From positions 1-64,000 of the forward strand of contig JBMFRC010000006.1 of NCBI GenBank assembly GCA_049968235.1: a stretch of 64,000 nt of DNA, in the 5' to 3' direction. The DNA comes from Candidatus Hydrogenedens sp. GTDB lineage: Bacteria; Hydrogenedentota; Hydrogenedentia; Hydrogenedentales; Hydrogenedentaceae. Position numbers and translations under genes: made by a program. How positions within the stretch are numbered: the first letter of the stretch is position 1; the number at the start of each line of letters is the position of its first letter. Positions 9,786 through 19,743 of this stretch are shown piece by piece. A model generated the notes under the pieces. That model did not search any database, was not told where the DNA came from, and saw only the letters and a program-made list of their open reading frames with translations.

Positions 9786-12206
9786 ATGTTAACACAAGAA
9801 CAAATCCACAAATTTACAGAAAAAATTCGTTTCAATTCTCAGAAGATTGAATCATTAATAAACTTTATTAATAAAGGATTGCACTTAGAATATATATACC
9901 ACTACTATCGAGATGAGATAGGCGTAGATAATTGGGGTTTTCTTACCCATATTATCGACGAATATAGAAAATTTGTAGAAATTGAGAATAAGAAAAACAG
10001 TGTATTAACACAATTAGAAAAGAATAACCTTTTAACCGAAGAATTAAAACAACTTATTTCTAATACATCGGATACTGCATTGTTAGATGATTTACTTCTT
10101 CCGTTGAAGAAAAAGAATCGTAGTCGTTCACAAAAACCTATACAGCAGGGATTGCAGGAATTAGCGGATTTTATATGGCAACAATTGCCTGTAAATCAGC
10201 CCATTGAAATAACCGCAGAAGCATTTGTGGAATCATCAAAATTATCTATTACTCCACAAGAAGCCATTGAAGGTGCTTTAATTATCCTTGCGGAAAGAAT
10301 TGAACAAGACTATAAAGCAAGAATGATTATTAAAGAAATGTTCTGGAGGAAAGGGCTTTTAGTCTCCACATCGACAAAAACAGCACAAAATCAAAAGACT
10401 CAATTTGAAGCCTTTTATAATTATTCGGAATCGATTCGTAAAATCTCTTCAATTCGTTTCCTTCAAATTTTAAGAGGAATGCGTTTAGGCTTCTTGAAAG
10501 TTAGTTTAGAAATTAATGAGGATGAAGCTATTGAAGAGTTAATCAAAATATATGTTAAAGATAAGGGAAGCGTATTTGAGCCTCTTATTCGTATAAGTGT
10601 ACAGGATGCTTTTCGCAAACAATTAAAAACGGTCTGTGAAAACAGAGTATTTATTGAATTAAAGGAAAATATAGAACAACAATTTATCTCTGAGTTGCGT
10701 GATGATTTAATAGATACATTAATGTTCCCCCCTGCAAATTTAGAAACTGTTATATCGATAATCCCCGGCATTGAGGAAGAATGGGCAGTGTGTGTTGTAG
10801 ACCGTGATGGCAATCTATTGGAATCTTCTCTTATTTTCCCGATGGCTCCTAGAAACGAAGTTAAGGAGGCACAGGATATTATCAAATTCTATATTGAAAG
10901 GTATCAATCAAAACATATTGTAATAGGAAACGGTGCAGGTGTTGATGAAGCCTTTCAATTTGTTGGTGAATTAGCCTCTCAATATACAAATCCGCGCGTT
11001 CGTTTTGTTACATTTGAGCAACGATTTGCTCAAAGTTTTGCCCATTCCAAAATGGCTGAAATTGATTTACCTAATCATTCCGAAAAGATACGGGAAGCAT
11101 ATTATCTTGCTCGTTACTTTAATTCTCCCCTAAAAGAACTTATAAAGTTAAATCTTTTAAGTTTACCTGAAGGTATTCTTCATAAAGAAATTAATGAAAG
11201 GAAATTTACTGCTGTTGCCCATCAAATAATCGAACATTGTATTAATAGCATAGGTGTTGACATTAATAAAGCCAGTATAAATGAGTTGCGTCATATTGCA
11301 GGACTAAAACACGATACCGCACAAAATATAATTGAATATCGAACTGCAAAAGGTGGATTTAAAAACCGTAAAGAACTCCTTGAAGTCCCCGGTATAGATG
11401 AAACTATATTTCAACAATGTGCAGGTTTTCTTTTTATAAAAAATGGAGATAATCCCTTAGACCAAACACGAATACATCCTCAATGGTATGAATATATTGA
11501 AACTGCGGTACAAGACTTAAATATTGAAATTCCGTCTTTATTCCGTTCATTTAAGAGTGCCAGAACATTAATACGACATCTTGAAACAAAAAATATACTC
11601 GGAAAACATGCAATAAGAACCATTCTAAAAGAGTTAAAGACACCAGGACGTGACCCACGAGGATATTTTGTTTTTCCAAGATATACCGAGGGGATTTATC
11701 GCGTATCTGATTTGAAGGTAGGTATGCAAACAGAAGGGATTATTAAGAAAATTTTAAATAATCTAATTGTGGTAGATATCGGAATTCCAATTGATGCAGT
11801 TATACATTTGAAAAATAATCCTTCATTAACAAAAACACTAAAAAGGAACTTGTTAGATAAGAAAATTGGAGAATTCTTAAAGGTTAATATCGAATCTATA
11901 GATTTCGATAATCAAAAAGTAATTTTAATACCTTATTTCCCTCCTAAAAAAGATAAAAAAGAAGAAGGGAAAAAAGAGAGGAAAGAAAAATCTTTTACCT
12001 CTAAGAAAGAGAATACAGCAGTTGGAACGGGTTTCAGAGACCTGCCAGTTAGCGAAAAGCCTAAATTTGATAGAAAGGTACCAAAATTTCAAAAACCTAA
12101 TATAGAAAAAGATATTAAGAAATCATCTTCTATTTTAGAGAATCAATTATTAAATACGCAATTAGCAGACCAATTAGCAATACTTAAAGATAAATTACAA
12201 CCTTAA
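9786..12206 (+). CDS. tex: Tex-like transcription accessory protein (YqgF/RuvC-like, HhH and S1 domains)
   Basis: It has a YqgF-like block (WAVCVVDRDGNLL...HIVIGNGAG), tandem HhH elements (INKASINELRHIAGL...ELLEVPGIDE) and an S1 domain (DLKVGMQTEGIIKKI). The C-terminal ~100 aa form a Lys/Glu-rich low-complexity tail. Confidence 0.8.
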   Translation: MLTQEQIHKFTEKIRFNSQKIESLINFINKGLHLEYIYHYYRDEIGVDNWGFLTHIIDEYRKFVEIENKKNSVLTQLEKNNLLTEELKQLISNTSDTALLDDLLLPLKKKNRSRSQKPIQQGLQELADFIWQQLPVNQPIEITAEAFVESSKLSITPQEAIEGALIILAERIEQDYKARMIIKEMFWRKGLLVSTSTKTAQNQKTQFEAFYNYSESIRKISSIRFLQILRGMRLGFLKVSLEINEDEAIEELIKIYVKDKGSVFEPLIRISVQDAFRKQLKTVCENRVFIELKENIEQQFISELRDDLIDTLMFPPANLETVISIIPGIEEEWAVCVVDRDGNLLESSLIFPMAPRNEVKEAQDIIKFYIERYQSKHIVIGNGAGVDEAFQFVGELASQYTNPRVRFVTFEQRFAQSFAHSKMAEIDLPNHSEKIREAYYLARYFNSPLKELIKLNLLSLPEGILHKEINERKFTAVAHQIIEHCINSIGVDINKASINELRHIAGLKHDTAQNIIEYRTAKGGFKNRKELLEVPGIDETIFQQCAGFLFIKNGDNPLDQTRIHPQWYEYIETAVQDLNIEIPSLFRSFKSARTLIRHLETKNILGKHAIRTILKELKTPGRDPRGYFVFPRYTEGIYRVSDLKVGMQTEGIIKKILNNLIVVDIGIPIDAVIHLKNNPSLTKTLKRNLLDKKIGEFLKVNIESIDFDNQKVILIPYFPPKKDKKEEGKKERKEKSFTSKKENTAVGTGFRDLPVSEKPKFDRKVPKFQKPNIEKDIKKSSSILENQLLNTQLADQLAILKDKLQP

Positions 12207-12256
12207 ACTTAATCAAGGATTTATCAAAATTTGACTTTCTTATAAGGAGTAACCTG

Positions 12257-12661
12257 ATGAAGAAAAAAAATACGACCTCGAAAGGCATAAATAAAAAAGA
12301 TTATAAATATTTTGAAACATTGCTGTTAACAGAGAGAAAAAAAGTTATTGAAAATCTAACAAATTTAGACACGACTGATTTAGTGGAAAAAAATTCGGGG
12401 ACAGGCGAAGATATATCTGATTATGCAGAAACGGGCACAGATGCTTTTGATATTCAAATTGCCCTGTCTCTGGCAAGTGGTGAATCTCAACAGTTACAAG
12501 AAATTGATGATGCATTAGGAAGAATCAAAAATAAAACTTATGGTATATGTGAAATGTGTAAAGAGCCTATCCCCCGAAAAAGATTAGAGGTACTTCCTCA
12601 TGCTCGGTTTTGTATACAATGTCAAAGTGAGTATGAGAAACAACAAGATTCCCAATACTAA
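12257..12661 (+). CDS. DksA/TraR-family C4-type zinc-finger protein
   Basis: 134 aa with a C-terminal CxxC-(17)-CxxC motif (CEMCKEPI...CIQCQ) and an acidic coiled-coil N-terminal half. Confidence 0.7.
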   Translation: MKKKNTTSKGINKKDYKYFETLLLTERKKVIENLTNLDTTDLVEKNSGTGEDISDYAETGTDAFDIQIALSLASGESQQLQEIDDALGRIKNKTYGICEMCKEPIPRKRLEVLPHARFCIQCQSEYEKQQDSQY

Positions 12662-12682
12662 TATCCTTTTACAATTTATATT

Positions 12683-13519
12683 ATGTATCCTACACTCTTA
12701 GAATTTGGCTGGATTAAAATACATAGTTATGGTTTATGTATCGCCATAGCTTTTTTATTATCTTTATATCTTACCCAACGCGATGCACGAAAACGCGGAA
12801 TTGACCCGGATATTATTCAAAGCGAAGCTATATTTGCACTTCTTGCCGGTATTATAGGAGCACGTTTTTTCCACATTATCATGTTCCCTTATGAGTACTC
12901 TTTAACCAACCCCATCGGTTGGATTGCGTTATGGCAAGGTGGACTTGTATTTCAAGGAGCTCTTCCTTTCGCTTTCGGTTATGTTATCTGGGCAATGCGT
13001 CGAAAGAAAGTTTCTTTCTTATTAGTATCAGACTGTGCAGTTCCTTATTTAGCCTTAGGACAAGGGATTGGTAGAATAGGTTGTTTTTTTAATGGTTGTT
13101 GTTATGGGAAACCCTCCAATCTCCCCTTTGCCATCTCCTTCCCTGAAGGCTGTCCTGTTTACCAGTCTTATCCTGGAAATAATGGATGGTCTCTCCCTGT
13201 TCATCCCACGCAACTTTATGCAGTAGTGGGGCTTGTTTTCCTTTGTGTATTATTGATATATCTTCGGGATGAATGGAATCCCATTACAGGTTTTACCATT
13301 CCTGAATATTTCTTTTTACATGGCATTCTCCGATTTATCAACGAATTTTTCCGTGGAGACCATAATCCTACCGTGCTTGGTTTTGGGGTTTTAACCGACC
13401 AACAAATGTTTTGTATCATCGAGATTCTATTAGGAATTTTTCTCTTCTGGCTAATTCGAACCTATCATATAATTCAAAAAGATTTCACAGAACTACAAAA
13501 AAGCCCTAAGAAAAAATAA
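12683..13519 (+). CDS. lgt: Prolipoprotein diacylglyceryl transferase
   Basis: 278 aa membrane protein carrying the Lgt signature G-R-I-G-C-F-x-N-G-C-C-Y-G. Confidence 0.88.
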   Translation: MYPTLLEFGWIKIHSYGLCIAIAFLLSLYLTQRDARKRGIDPDIIQSEAIFALLAGIIGARFFHIIMFPYEYSLTNPIGWIALWQGGLVFQGALPFAFGYVIWAMRRKKVSFLLVSDCAVPYLALGQGIGRIGCFFNGCCYGKPSNLPFAISFPEGCPVYQSYPGNNGWSLPVHPTQLYAVVGLVFLCVLLIYLRDEWNPITGFTIPEYFFLHGILRFINEFFRGDHNPTVLGFGVLTDQQMFCIIEILLGIFLFWLIRTYHIIQKDFTELQKSPKKK

Positions 13520-13582
13520 CCTTTTACCTATCTCATTTTTTATAATATTATAATCATATTAATTTTATAAGTAGGTCCCATC

Positions 13583-15517
13583 ATGTCAGTTCAAGAACCA
13601 AAAATAAGAATACTTCCTGAAGAGATAACAAATAAAATCGCTGCGGGAGAAGTTGTTGAAAAACCGGCATCTGTAGTTAAAGAACTTATTGAAAATAGTA
13701 TAGATGCCGGTGCCAAACATATTACAATTCGTCTATCTGCATCAGGTTTAAGACTCATCGAAATTATTGATGATGGTATTGGAATGTCAGAACAGGATGC
13801 AATTCTTGCTATAGAGAGACACGCAACAAGTAAGATTACAACGTCTAAGGACCTTGAATCGATACATACCTTTGGATTTCGTGGTGAAGCATTAAGTAGT
13901 ATTTCAGCGGTATCACAGTTCGTTTTAACCACAAAACGCTCGCAAGATAACACCGGCACACAAATTGTCGTTCATGGAGGCATATTAAAATCCGTCTCCC
14001 CGATAGGTAGCCCACAAGGAACTAAGATATCGGTAAATCGTCTTTTTTTTAATACGCCTGTAAGATTAAAATTTTTAAAAGGTTTAACAACGGAATTAAG
14101 TCATTGTATTGACATCGTCCAGAAATATGTCCTTTCTCATGAAAATATCGGATTTAAACTATTTCACAATGATAAACTTCTTTTTGATATACCTCCTGAC
14201 ATGAATTTGTATAATCGTATCTCTCTTATTTGGGGTAAATCTACGATTTCTGAGATGCTTCATATAAAACCGATAACACATAACCTCTTCTCTAATGAAT
14301 CTGAAATGGTACCTGTTCATATTTATGGATACATTGGATTGCCTTCGCTTACCCGTTCCCATCGTTCCCATCAGTTATTTTTTGTCAATAAAAGACCTAT
14401 TTATAGTCGAACTTTACAATATAGTCTGGAAGAAGCATATAGAAACCTTATTATGGTTGGAAGGTATCCTGTGGCTATTCTTTTTATAGAACTTCCCCCA
14501 CAATGGATTGATGTCAATATTCATCCTACAAAAAAAGAAATTAAATTTAGAGATGAAAGAATTATTTCAAAACATATTTCAACCACTCTTCGTAATCAGT
14601 TATCTTTGATTCCGGACCAGAAACATTACACTTCCTCGCAAATAAATATACAAACAACCATAAATCGCCACATAAACCCTACTGTCTCTTCTAACGATAA
14701 TATAGATACTCCATCGGTATTTTTAAATAAACTTAATAATCATACACTTCCTGAAATTACTAAGGATTTAGTAGAAAATGAAAAAATAGAAACTCAACAA
14801 AAAAGTATATCCTTCGATACTAACCTCTTCTCTAATACAGAAAGAGATGATGTCTCTACTTCTTATTTTGATGATACACAAGAACAGCAGGAGCCTACTA
14901 CCCTTCACCCCTCGCCTATTTTTTCTGAATTTATTCCCGGAGAGGAAATACCCATACAAGTCTTTGATTCTTATTTAGTTCTACCTGAGAAAGACCGTAT
15001 TTTAATTATTGACCAACATGCACTTCATGAACGACTAAATTTTGAGCAGTTAAAGAAACAATTGCAAAATAAGGATTTTGTATTTCAACGGCTTGTTATA
15101 CCGCTTCTTATTGAAGTTCCATCGAATTATTCAAAACTTTTAGAAGATAAAAAAGAAATATTTCAGAAGATAGGTATTGATATTGAACCGTTTGGAGAGA
15201 ACACATTTCAAATAACATCTATATGTGAATTATATGACGAGGGTAAAATAAAAGATACTATTTTTGAACTACTTGAAGAAATGGTGCAGGGAGATTTATT
15301 TGAAAAAGAAAATTATTTTGAATCCCTATTGAGTATTGCAACAAAAGCATGTAAGAAATCGGTCAAGGCAGGTGATAAATTAGAACCTATGGAGCGATTA
15401 TACTTAATTAAGGGATTTAAATCATTAACACCTCCTTATACATGCCCTCATGGAAGACCCATTTTAATAGAATTAACCTTGCAACAAATGGAAAAAAGTT
15501 TCCGGAGAAGGCAATAA
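13583..15517 (+). CDS. mutL: DNA mismatch repair protein MutL
   Basis: N-terminal GHKL ATPase motifs (ILPEEITNKIAAGEVVEKPASVVKELIENSIDAGA; GFRGEALSSI) and a C-terminal dimerisation domain. Confidence 0.95.
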   Translation: MSVQEPKIRILPEEITNKIAAGEVVEKPASVVKELIENSIDAGAKHITIRLSASGLRLIEIIDDGIGMSEQDAILAIERHATSKITTSKDLESIHTFGFRGEALSSISAVSQFVLTTKRSQDNTGTQIVVHGGILKSVSPIGSPQGTKISVNRLFFNTPVRLKFLKGLTTELSHCIDIVQKYVLSHENIGFKLFHNDKLLFDIPPDMNLYNRISLIWGKSTISEMLHIKPITHNLFSNESEMVPVHIYGYIGLPSLTRSHRSHQLFFVNKRPIYSRTLQYSLEEAYRNLIMVGRYPVAILFIELPPQWIDVNIHPTKKEIKFRDERIISKHISTTLRNQLSLIPDQKHYTSSQINIQTTINRHINPTVSSNDNIDTPSVFLNKLNNHTLPEITKDLVENEKIETQQKSISFDTNLFSNTERDDVSTSYFDDTQEQQEPTTLHPSPIFSEFIPGEEIPIQVFDSYLVLPEKDRILIIDQHALHERLNFEQLKKQLQNKDFVFQRLVIPLLIEVPSNYSKLLEDKKEIFQKIGIDIEPFGENTFQITSICELYDEGKIKDTIFELLEEMVQGDLFEKENYFESLLSIATKACKKSVKAGDKLEPMERLYLIKGFKSLTPPYTCPHGRPILIELTLQQMEKSFRRRQ

Positions 15518-16494
15518 TGGATGCGATAGCAGTAGTAGGACCCACTGCATCCGGAAAAACCGCTCTTTCTATTCGATTGGCAGAAGAATTCAATAGTGAA
15601 ATTATATCGGCGGATTCTATGCAATTCTATCAAGGGATGGAAATTGGGACGGCGGTTCCTTCATTAGAAATACGAAAAAGGATACCCCACCATTTTTTAG
15701 TTTTTGTTCCTCCCGATTTTCATATGAATGCGGGATTATTTCAGGATTTAGCAAGAAAAGAATTGCATAGAATCAAAGATGAAGGTAGAATTCCTATTAT
15801 TGTAGGAGGTTCAGGTCTTTATTTATCCGCTTTAATTGATGGATTATTTGAAGGTCCAGCATCCTCCGACGCGATAAGGAATAAACTAAAAAAACAATTA
15901 TCGGAACAGGGTCCTGAGTATCTTATACAAATATTAAAAGATGTTGACCCTATATACTTTTCTAAATTGACAAGTCCCAACGATATTACTCGTGTTATTC
16001 GTGCATTAGAAGTATATGAGTTAACAGGAATCCCTTTTTCAGAATGGCATAAAAAACATCAACAACAAGCACAACCATTACATGTATTACAAATCGCTTT
16101 AAACTGGGAACGGGATATTCTCTATGAGCGAATCAATAACCGGGTGGATGAAATGATTGAAAAAGGTTGGATAGATGAAGTGAAAACTTTATTAGAAAAA
16201 GGTTATGAAAAAGATATACACCGATTAAAAGCGTTAGGATATAGAGAGATTCTTTATTTTTTGAAGGGAACACAGAATATTTCAGAAACTATAGCCAATA
16301 TAAAATTGCATCATCGCAGATATGCTAAACGCCAGATAACATGGTTTAGGTCTGATAAACGGGTGCAATGGATTGATGCAAACACTGACAAATCTATGAA
16401 TGACTTACTAAATTCTATTTATTCTCTAATAGAAAGTTTTAATAAAAATAGTATTTCCGAAAACTATCGCTGTTTTTTATTTAGAAATTATTAG
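15517..16494 (+). CDS. miaA: tRNA dimethylallyltransferase
   Basis: P-loop VVGPTASGKT and the QFYQGMEIGTA motif. The start is taken at the ATG in a TAATG overlap with the mutL stop. The mutL-miaA adjacency is the classic arrangement. Confidence 0.9.
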   Translation: MDAIAVVGPTASGKTALSIRLAEEFNSEIISADSMQFYQGMEIGTAVPSLEIRKRIPHHFLVFVPPDFHMNAGLFQDLARKELHRIKDEGRIPIIVGGSGLYLSALIDGLFEGPASSDAIRNKLKKQLSEQGPEYLIQILKDVDPIYFSKLTSPNDITRVIRALEVYELTGIPFSEWHKKHQQQAQPLHVLQIALNWERDILYERINNRVDEMIEKGWIDEVKTLLEKGYEKDIHRLKALGYREILYFLKGTQNISETIANIKLHHRRYAKRQITWFRSDKRVQWIDANTDKSMNDLLNSIYSLIESFNKNSISENYRCFLFRNY

Positions 16495-16619
16495 TAATTT
16501 ATTTTATTTTTTTCTGCTCTAATATCAAGCGGTTTTTTGCAAATTACATATCAATAATGTTAAATTTTAATCAACTATTTATTAAATTATTTTATTATTT
16601 ATATTCGTTAGGTTTTTAC

Positions 16620-17267
16620 ATGGAGCAGTATAAAGAAGTATTTCATTTTTTTAGAAATTATAAAAAAGATAACATAATACAAATACGATGGCATGGTAGG
16701 GGTGGACAGGGTGCTGTAACATCTGCCAAAATTCTTGCGGTAGCGGGATTTCTCTCGGGATACAAAGGTGTTACTTCAGCCCCGTTTTTTGGTGCGGAGA
16801 GAAGGGGTGCTCCTGTTATAGCAACAACAAAATTGAGTAAAGATACAATTTATGATTTTAGCCAGATTGATTCACCGGATGTTGTAGTTATACTTGATAA
16901 CACCCTATTAAAATCTACAGATATTACACAGGGATTAAAAACTAATGGATGGGTAATTCTAAATACTCCCTCTCATCTGGAATATAACTTTCCACAGAAA
17001 CACTTTAATTTTATAATAGTAAATGCAACACAAATAGCAGAAGAATCGGGTCTTATCTATGCAGGGATACCATTAGTAAATACACCTATGTTAGGAACTT
17101 TTCTCCATGTCTTACCCCATATAGATTTTTCACATATCCATAGAGCATTAGAACAATTTTTTTCATCGACAGCCGTATCAAAGAATTTTGACGTTATTTC
17201 CCGTGTTTATAAAGAGTGTATTGTAGAAAAAACAGAAAGTAATGTTCAGGAGTTACAACAATCATGA
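16620..17267 (+). CDS. porG: Pyruvate/2-oxoacid:ferredoxin oxidoreductase, gamma subunit
   Basis: WHGRGGQGAVTSAKILA...FGAERRGAPV is typical of PorG/VorG. An internal Met (MEQYK) is preferred over the ORF-track start at 16557. Confidence 0.85.
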   Translation: MEQYKEVFHFFRNYKKDNIIQIRWHGRGGQGAVTSAKILAVAGFLSGYKGVTSAPFFGAERRGAPVIATTKLSKDTIYDFSQIDSPDVVVILDNTLLKSTDITQGLKTNGWVILNTPSHLEYNFPQKHFNFIIVNATQIAEESGLIYAGIPLVNTPMLGTFLHVLPHIDFSHIHRALEQFFSSTAVSKNFDVISRVYKECIVEKTESNVQELQQS

Positions 17268-17575
17268 ATACACGCGATTGTGGGCATATAATCTCAGCTT
17301 CATCCCCTGCCAAAGGAGAAGCCGGAAAAACGGGTGAATGGAGGACACAAAGACCTGTTCTAAATAGAGAAAAATGTTTAGCAGTAAAAGCCAATAAAGA
17401 TATATGTTATCAATGCTGGGCGTTTTGTCCCGAATGTGCTATAGAAAGAAAACCGGGAGGTGCCGTAGATTTGACTTATTGTAAAGGTTGTGGAATTTGT
17501 GCACAAATTTGTCCTGCGGACGCTATACAAATGGAAAAAGAATATGACAGTTCAGAACAAAGAAAAAACGATTAA
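17264..17575 (+). CDS. porD: Pyruvate/2-oxoacid:ferredoxin oxidoreductase, delta (ferredoxin-like) subunit
   Basis: 103 aa with two Cys clusters (CYQCWAFCPECA; CKGCGICAQICP) forming a 2x[4Fe-4S] binding domain. It overlaps porG by ATGA. Confidence 0.85.
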   Translation: MNTRDCGHIISASSPAKGEAGKTGEWRTQRPVLNREKCLAVKANKDICYQCWAFCPECAIERKPGGAVDLTYCKGCGICAQICPADAIQMEKEYDSSEQRKND

Positions 17576-18827
17576 TATTCATAATCACTTTTCTAACCCT
17601 AAAGCCTATCCTCCAGGGCAACATGTCATTACTGGAAATCAATCCGCAAGTATAGGAGCATTTCTTTGTGGTGTTCAGGTTATTGCTGCATACCCTATTA
17701 CTCCACAGTCGCCTGTTGTAGAGGAATTGGCTAAATTTGTTGAAGATGGCGAATTATCGGCGGAATTCGTTCCTGTGGAAAGTGAACACAGTGCTATGGG
17801 GGTATGTATAGGTGCATCAATTGCGGGGGCACGCGTTTTTACAGCAACGAGTGCAAACGGATTGGCATATATGTGTGAACAACTTCATTGGGCATCGGGT
17901 TCCCGTTTACCCATCGTAATGGCTTGTGTAAATCGGGCAATGGCAGCACCGTGGAGTGTTCTTAATGACCAACAGGATTCGATGTCTCAGAGAGATGCTG
18001 GATGGATACAATTATTCTGTAAAGATAATCAAGAAATAATTGACACTGTTATACAAGCATATCGCATTGCAGAAAAGGTATATCTTCCGGTTATGGTTTG
18101 TTATGACGGTTATATCCTTTCTCACACAGTAATGCCTGTTGAAGTTCCGGATGGGAATAAGGTAAAAAAATTCTTACCCATGTACATTCCTCATACTCCA
18201 TTGGATATAAATAAGCCGGTTAATATTAATCCTGTTACTCTCGCAGAACCCCGATATAATGCAGAAGGGGTTCTCTGCCACGGATATATGGAACACAAAT
18301 ACCTACATCACAAAGCTCTTCGAGATAGTCTGGAGATAATTGAACAAGTTGACGATGAATATGAAAATACTTTTGGAAGAAGTGCTGGAGGATTATTTTC
18401 ACTCTATAAAACCGATGATGCAGAGGCTATTATTATTTGTGCTGGCAGTTTGTCTAAAATGGTCATTTTAGTTATAGATATGTTGCGTGAACAAAATGTT
18501 CCTATAGGATTGGTTGCTTTAAGAGCATATAGACCTTTCCCTAATCAAAAATTATCCGAAGCGTTGAAGAATAAAAAATTAATATTAACCATAGATAAAA
18601 GCCTTAGTTATGGATACCAGGGTCCTATATGCATTGATGTAAAATCCTGTTTGTTCGAAGCAGGTATCTCATCTACTGTCATCAGTTTTATTGCGGGACT
18701 TGGCGGAAGAGATATAAAACCTTATGAAATTGCAGAAATAGCCTACAATTACTGGAAGAAGTACTTAGATAAAAAATTAACTCTTGAATATATATATGAA
18801 TCCCAATGGATTAACTGTAAATATTAG
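17544..18827 (+). CDS. porA: Pyruvate/2-oxoacid:ferredoxin oxidoreductase, alpha subunit
   Basis: PorA-like N-terminus (GNQSASIGAFLCGVQVIAAYPITPQS). The start is taken at the in-frame Met at codon 19 of the 17490 ORF. The longer ORF cannot be excluded. Confidence 0.85.
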   Translation: MTVQNKEKTINIHNHFSNPKAYPPGQHVITGNQSASIGAFLCGVQVIAAYPITPQSPVVEELAKFVEDGELSAEFVPVESEHSAMGVCIGASIAGARVFTATSANGLAYMCEQLHWASGSRLPIVMACVNRAMAAPWSVLNDQQDSMSQRDAGWIQLFCKDNQEIIDTVIQAYRIAEKVYLPVMVCYDGYILSHTVMPVEVPDGNKVKKFLPMYIPHTPLDINKPVNINPVTLAEPRYNAEGVLCHGYMEHKYLHHKALRDSLEIIEQVDDEYENTFGRSAGGLFSLYKTDDAEAIIICAGSLSKMVILVIDMLREQNVPIGLVALRAYRPFPNQKLSEALKNKKLILTIDKSLSYGYQGPICIDVKSCLFEAGISSTVISFIAGLGGRDIKPYEIAEIAYNYWKKYLDKKLTLEYIYESQWINCKY

Positions 18828-18836
18828 GAAAGTAGT

Positions 18837-19742
18837 ATGATATCTATTCTTGAATTACCTGTTGATGAATATATGTTACCGGGCAACCGTTCCTGTGCGG
18901 GATGCGGTCTTGGAATAGGCTTGAGATATATCTTAAAAGCATTAGAAGGAAAATGTGTCATGACTGTTCCGGCTTCCTGCCTTACAGTATTAGGTGGGAT
19001 GTATCCTGTCTCTTCTGTTTCGGTACCATGGATTAACTCTGTTTTCCCGGGAACTGCTGCTATGGCATCAGGCGTTGTCGCAGGTTTGAAAGCATTGAAA
19101 AAAGAAGATATTACAGTATTAGCCATGGCAGGAGATGGCGGAACTTATGATATTGGCATACAGGCTCTCAGTGGTGCAGCAGAAAGAAATGCTAACTTTT
19201 TATTCATTTGTTATGATAATGAAGCCTATATGAATACAGGGACACAACGGTCAGGTGCAACTCCGAAAGGGGTTAAGACGACAACGACCCCTATTTTAGG
19301 GAAACTACACAGTCCCAAAGATATGGGTCAAATTATGGAAGCACATCGCATTCCTTATGTTGCAACAACATGTGTATCATATCCCACGGATTTATATGAC
19401 AAAGTAAAAAAAGCAAAAGATATATATGGGTTAAGATATATTCATCTCTGTGTCCCCTGTCCTTCTGGCTGGCAATATGACCCTCAAAATACGGTAACAA
19501 TAGGACAATTAGCTGTAGAAACAGGTGCCGTTGTTCTTTATGAAATTGAACATGGGGTATTTCGGTTAACAGGGAGAAGCAGACGGCTTGCTAAAGATGG
19601 TAAATTAAAGCCCATTAATGAGTATTTATCTACTCAAGGACGATTTGGAAATATTAACTCGGATGCATTAGCGGAATTACAGGAATACATATATAAACGA
19701 TGGAATGAATTTGTAGCAAAAGATAGAACACTTGTTGAATGA
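18837..19742 (+). CDS. porB: Pyruvate/2-oxoacid:ferredoxin oxidoreductase, beta (TPP-binding) subunit
   Basis: TPP-binding motif GDGG...NEAYMNTGTQRS and an N-terminal Cys cluster CAGCG. Confidence 0.88.
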   Translation: MISILELPVDEYMLPGNRSCAGCGLGIGLRYILKALEGKCVMTVPASCLTVLGGMYPVSSVSVPWINSVFPGTAAMASGVVAGLKALKKEDITVLAMAGDGGTYDIGIQALSGAAERNANFLFICYDNEAYMNTGTQRSGATPKGVKTTTTPILGKLHSPKDMGQIMEAHRIPYVATTCVSYPTDLYDKVKKAKDIYGLRYIHLCVPCPSGWQYDPQNTVTIGQLAVETGAVVLYEIEHGVFRLTGRSRRLAKDGKLKPINEYLSTQGRFGNINSDALAELQEYIYKRWNEFVAKDRTLVE

Positions 19743-19743
19743 A

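Noticed and set aside
15442-17544. Longer N-terminal extensions for miaA (15442), porG (16557) and porA (17490) as given by the ORF track
   Set aside because: Internal Mets at 15517, 16620 and 17544 give the canonical N-termini (P-loop or PorG/PorA starts) and minimal overlaps. The longer versions would overlap the upstream genes by 30-75 nt.
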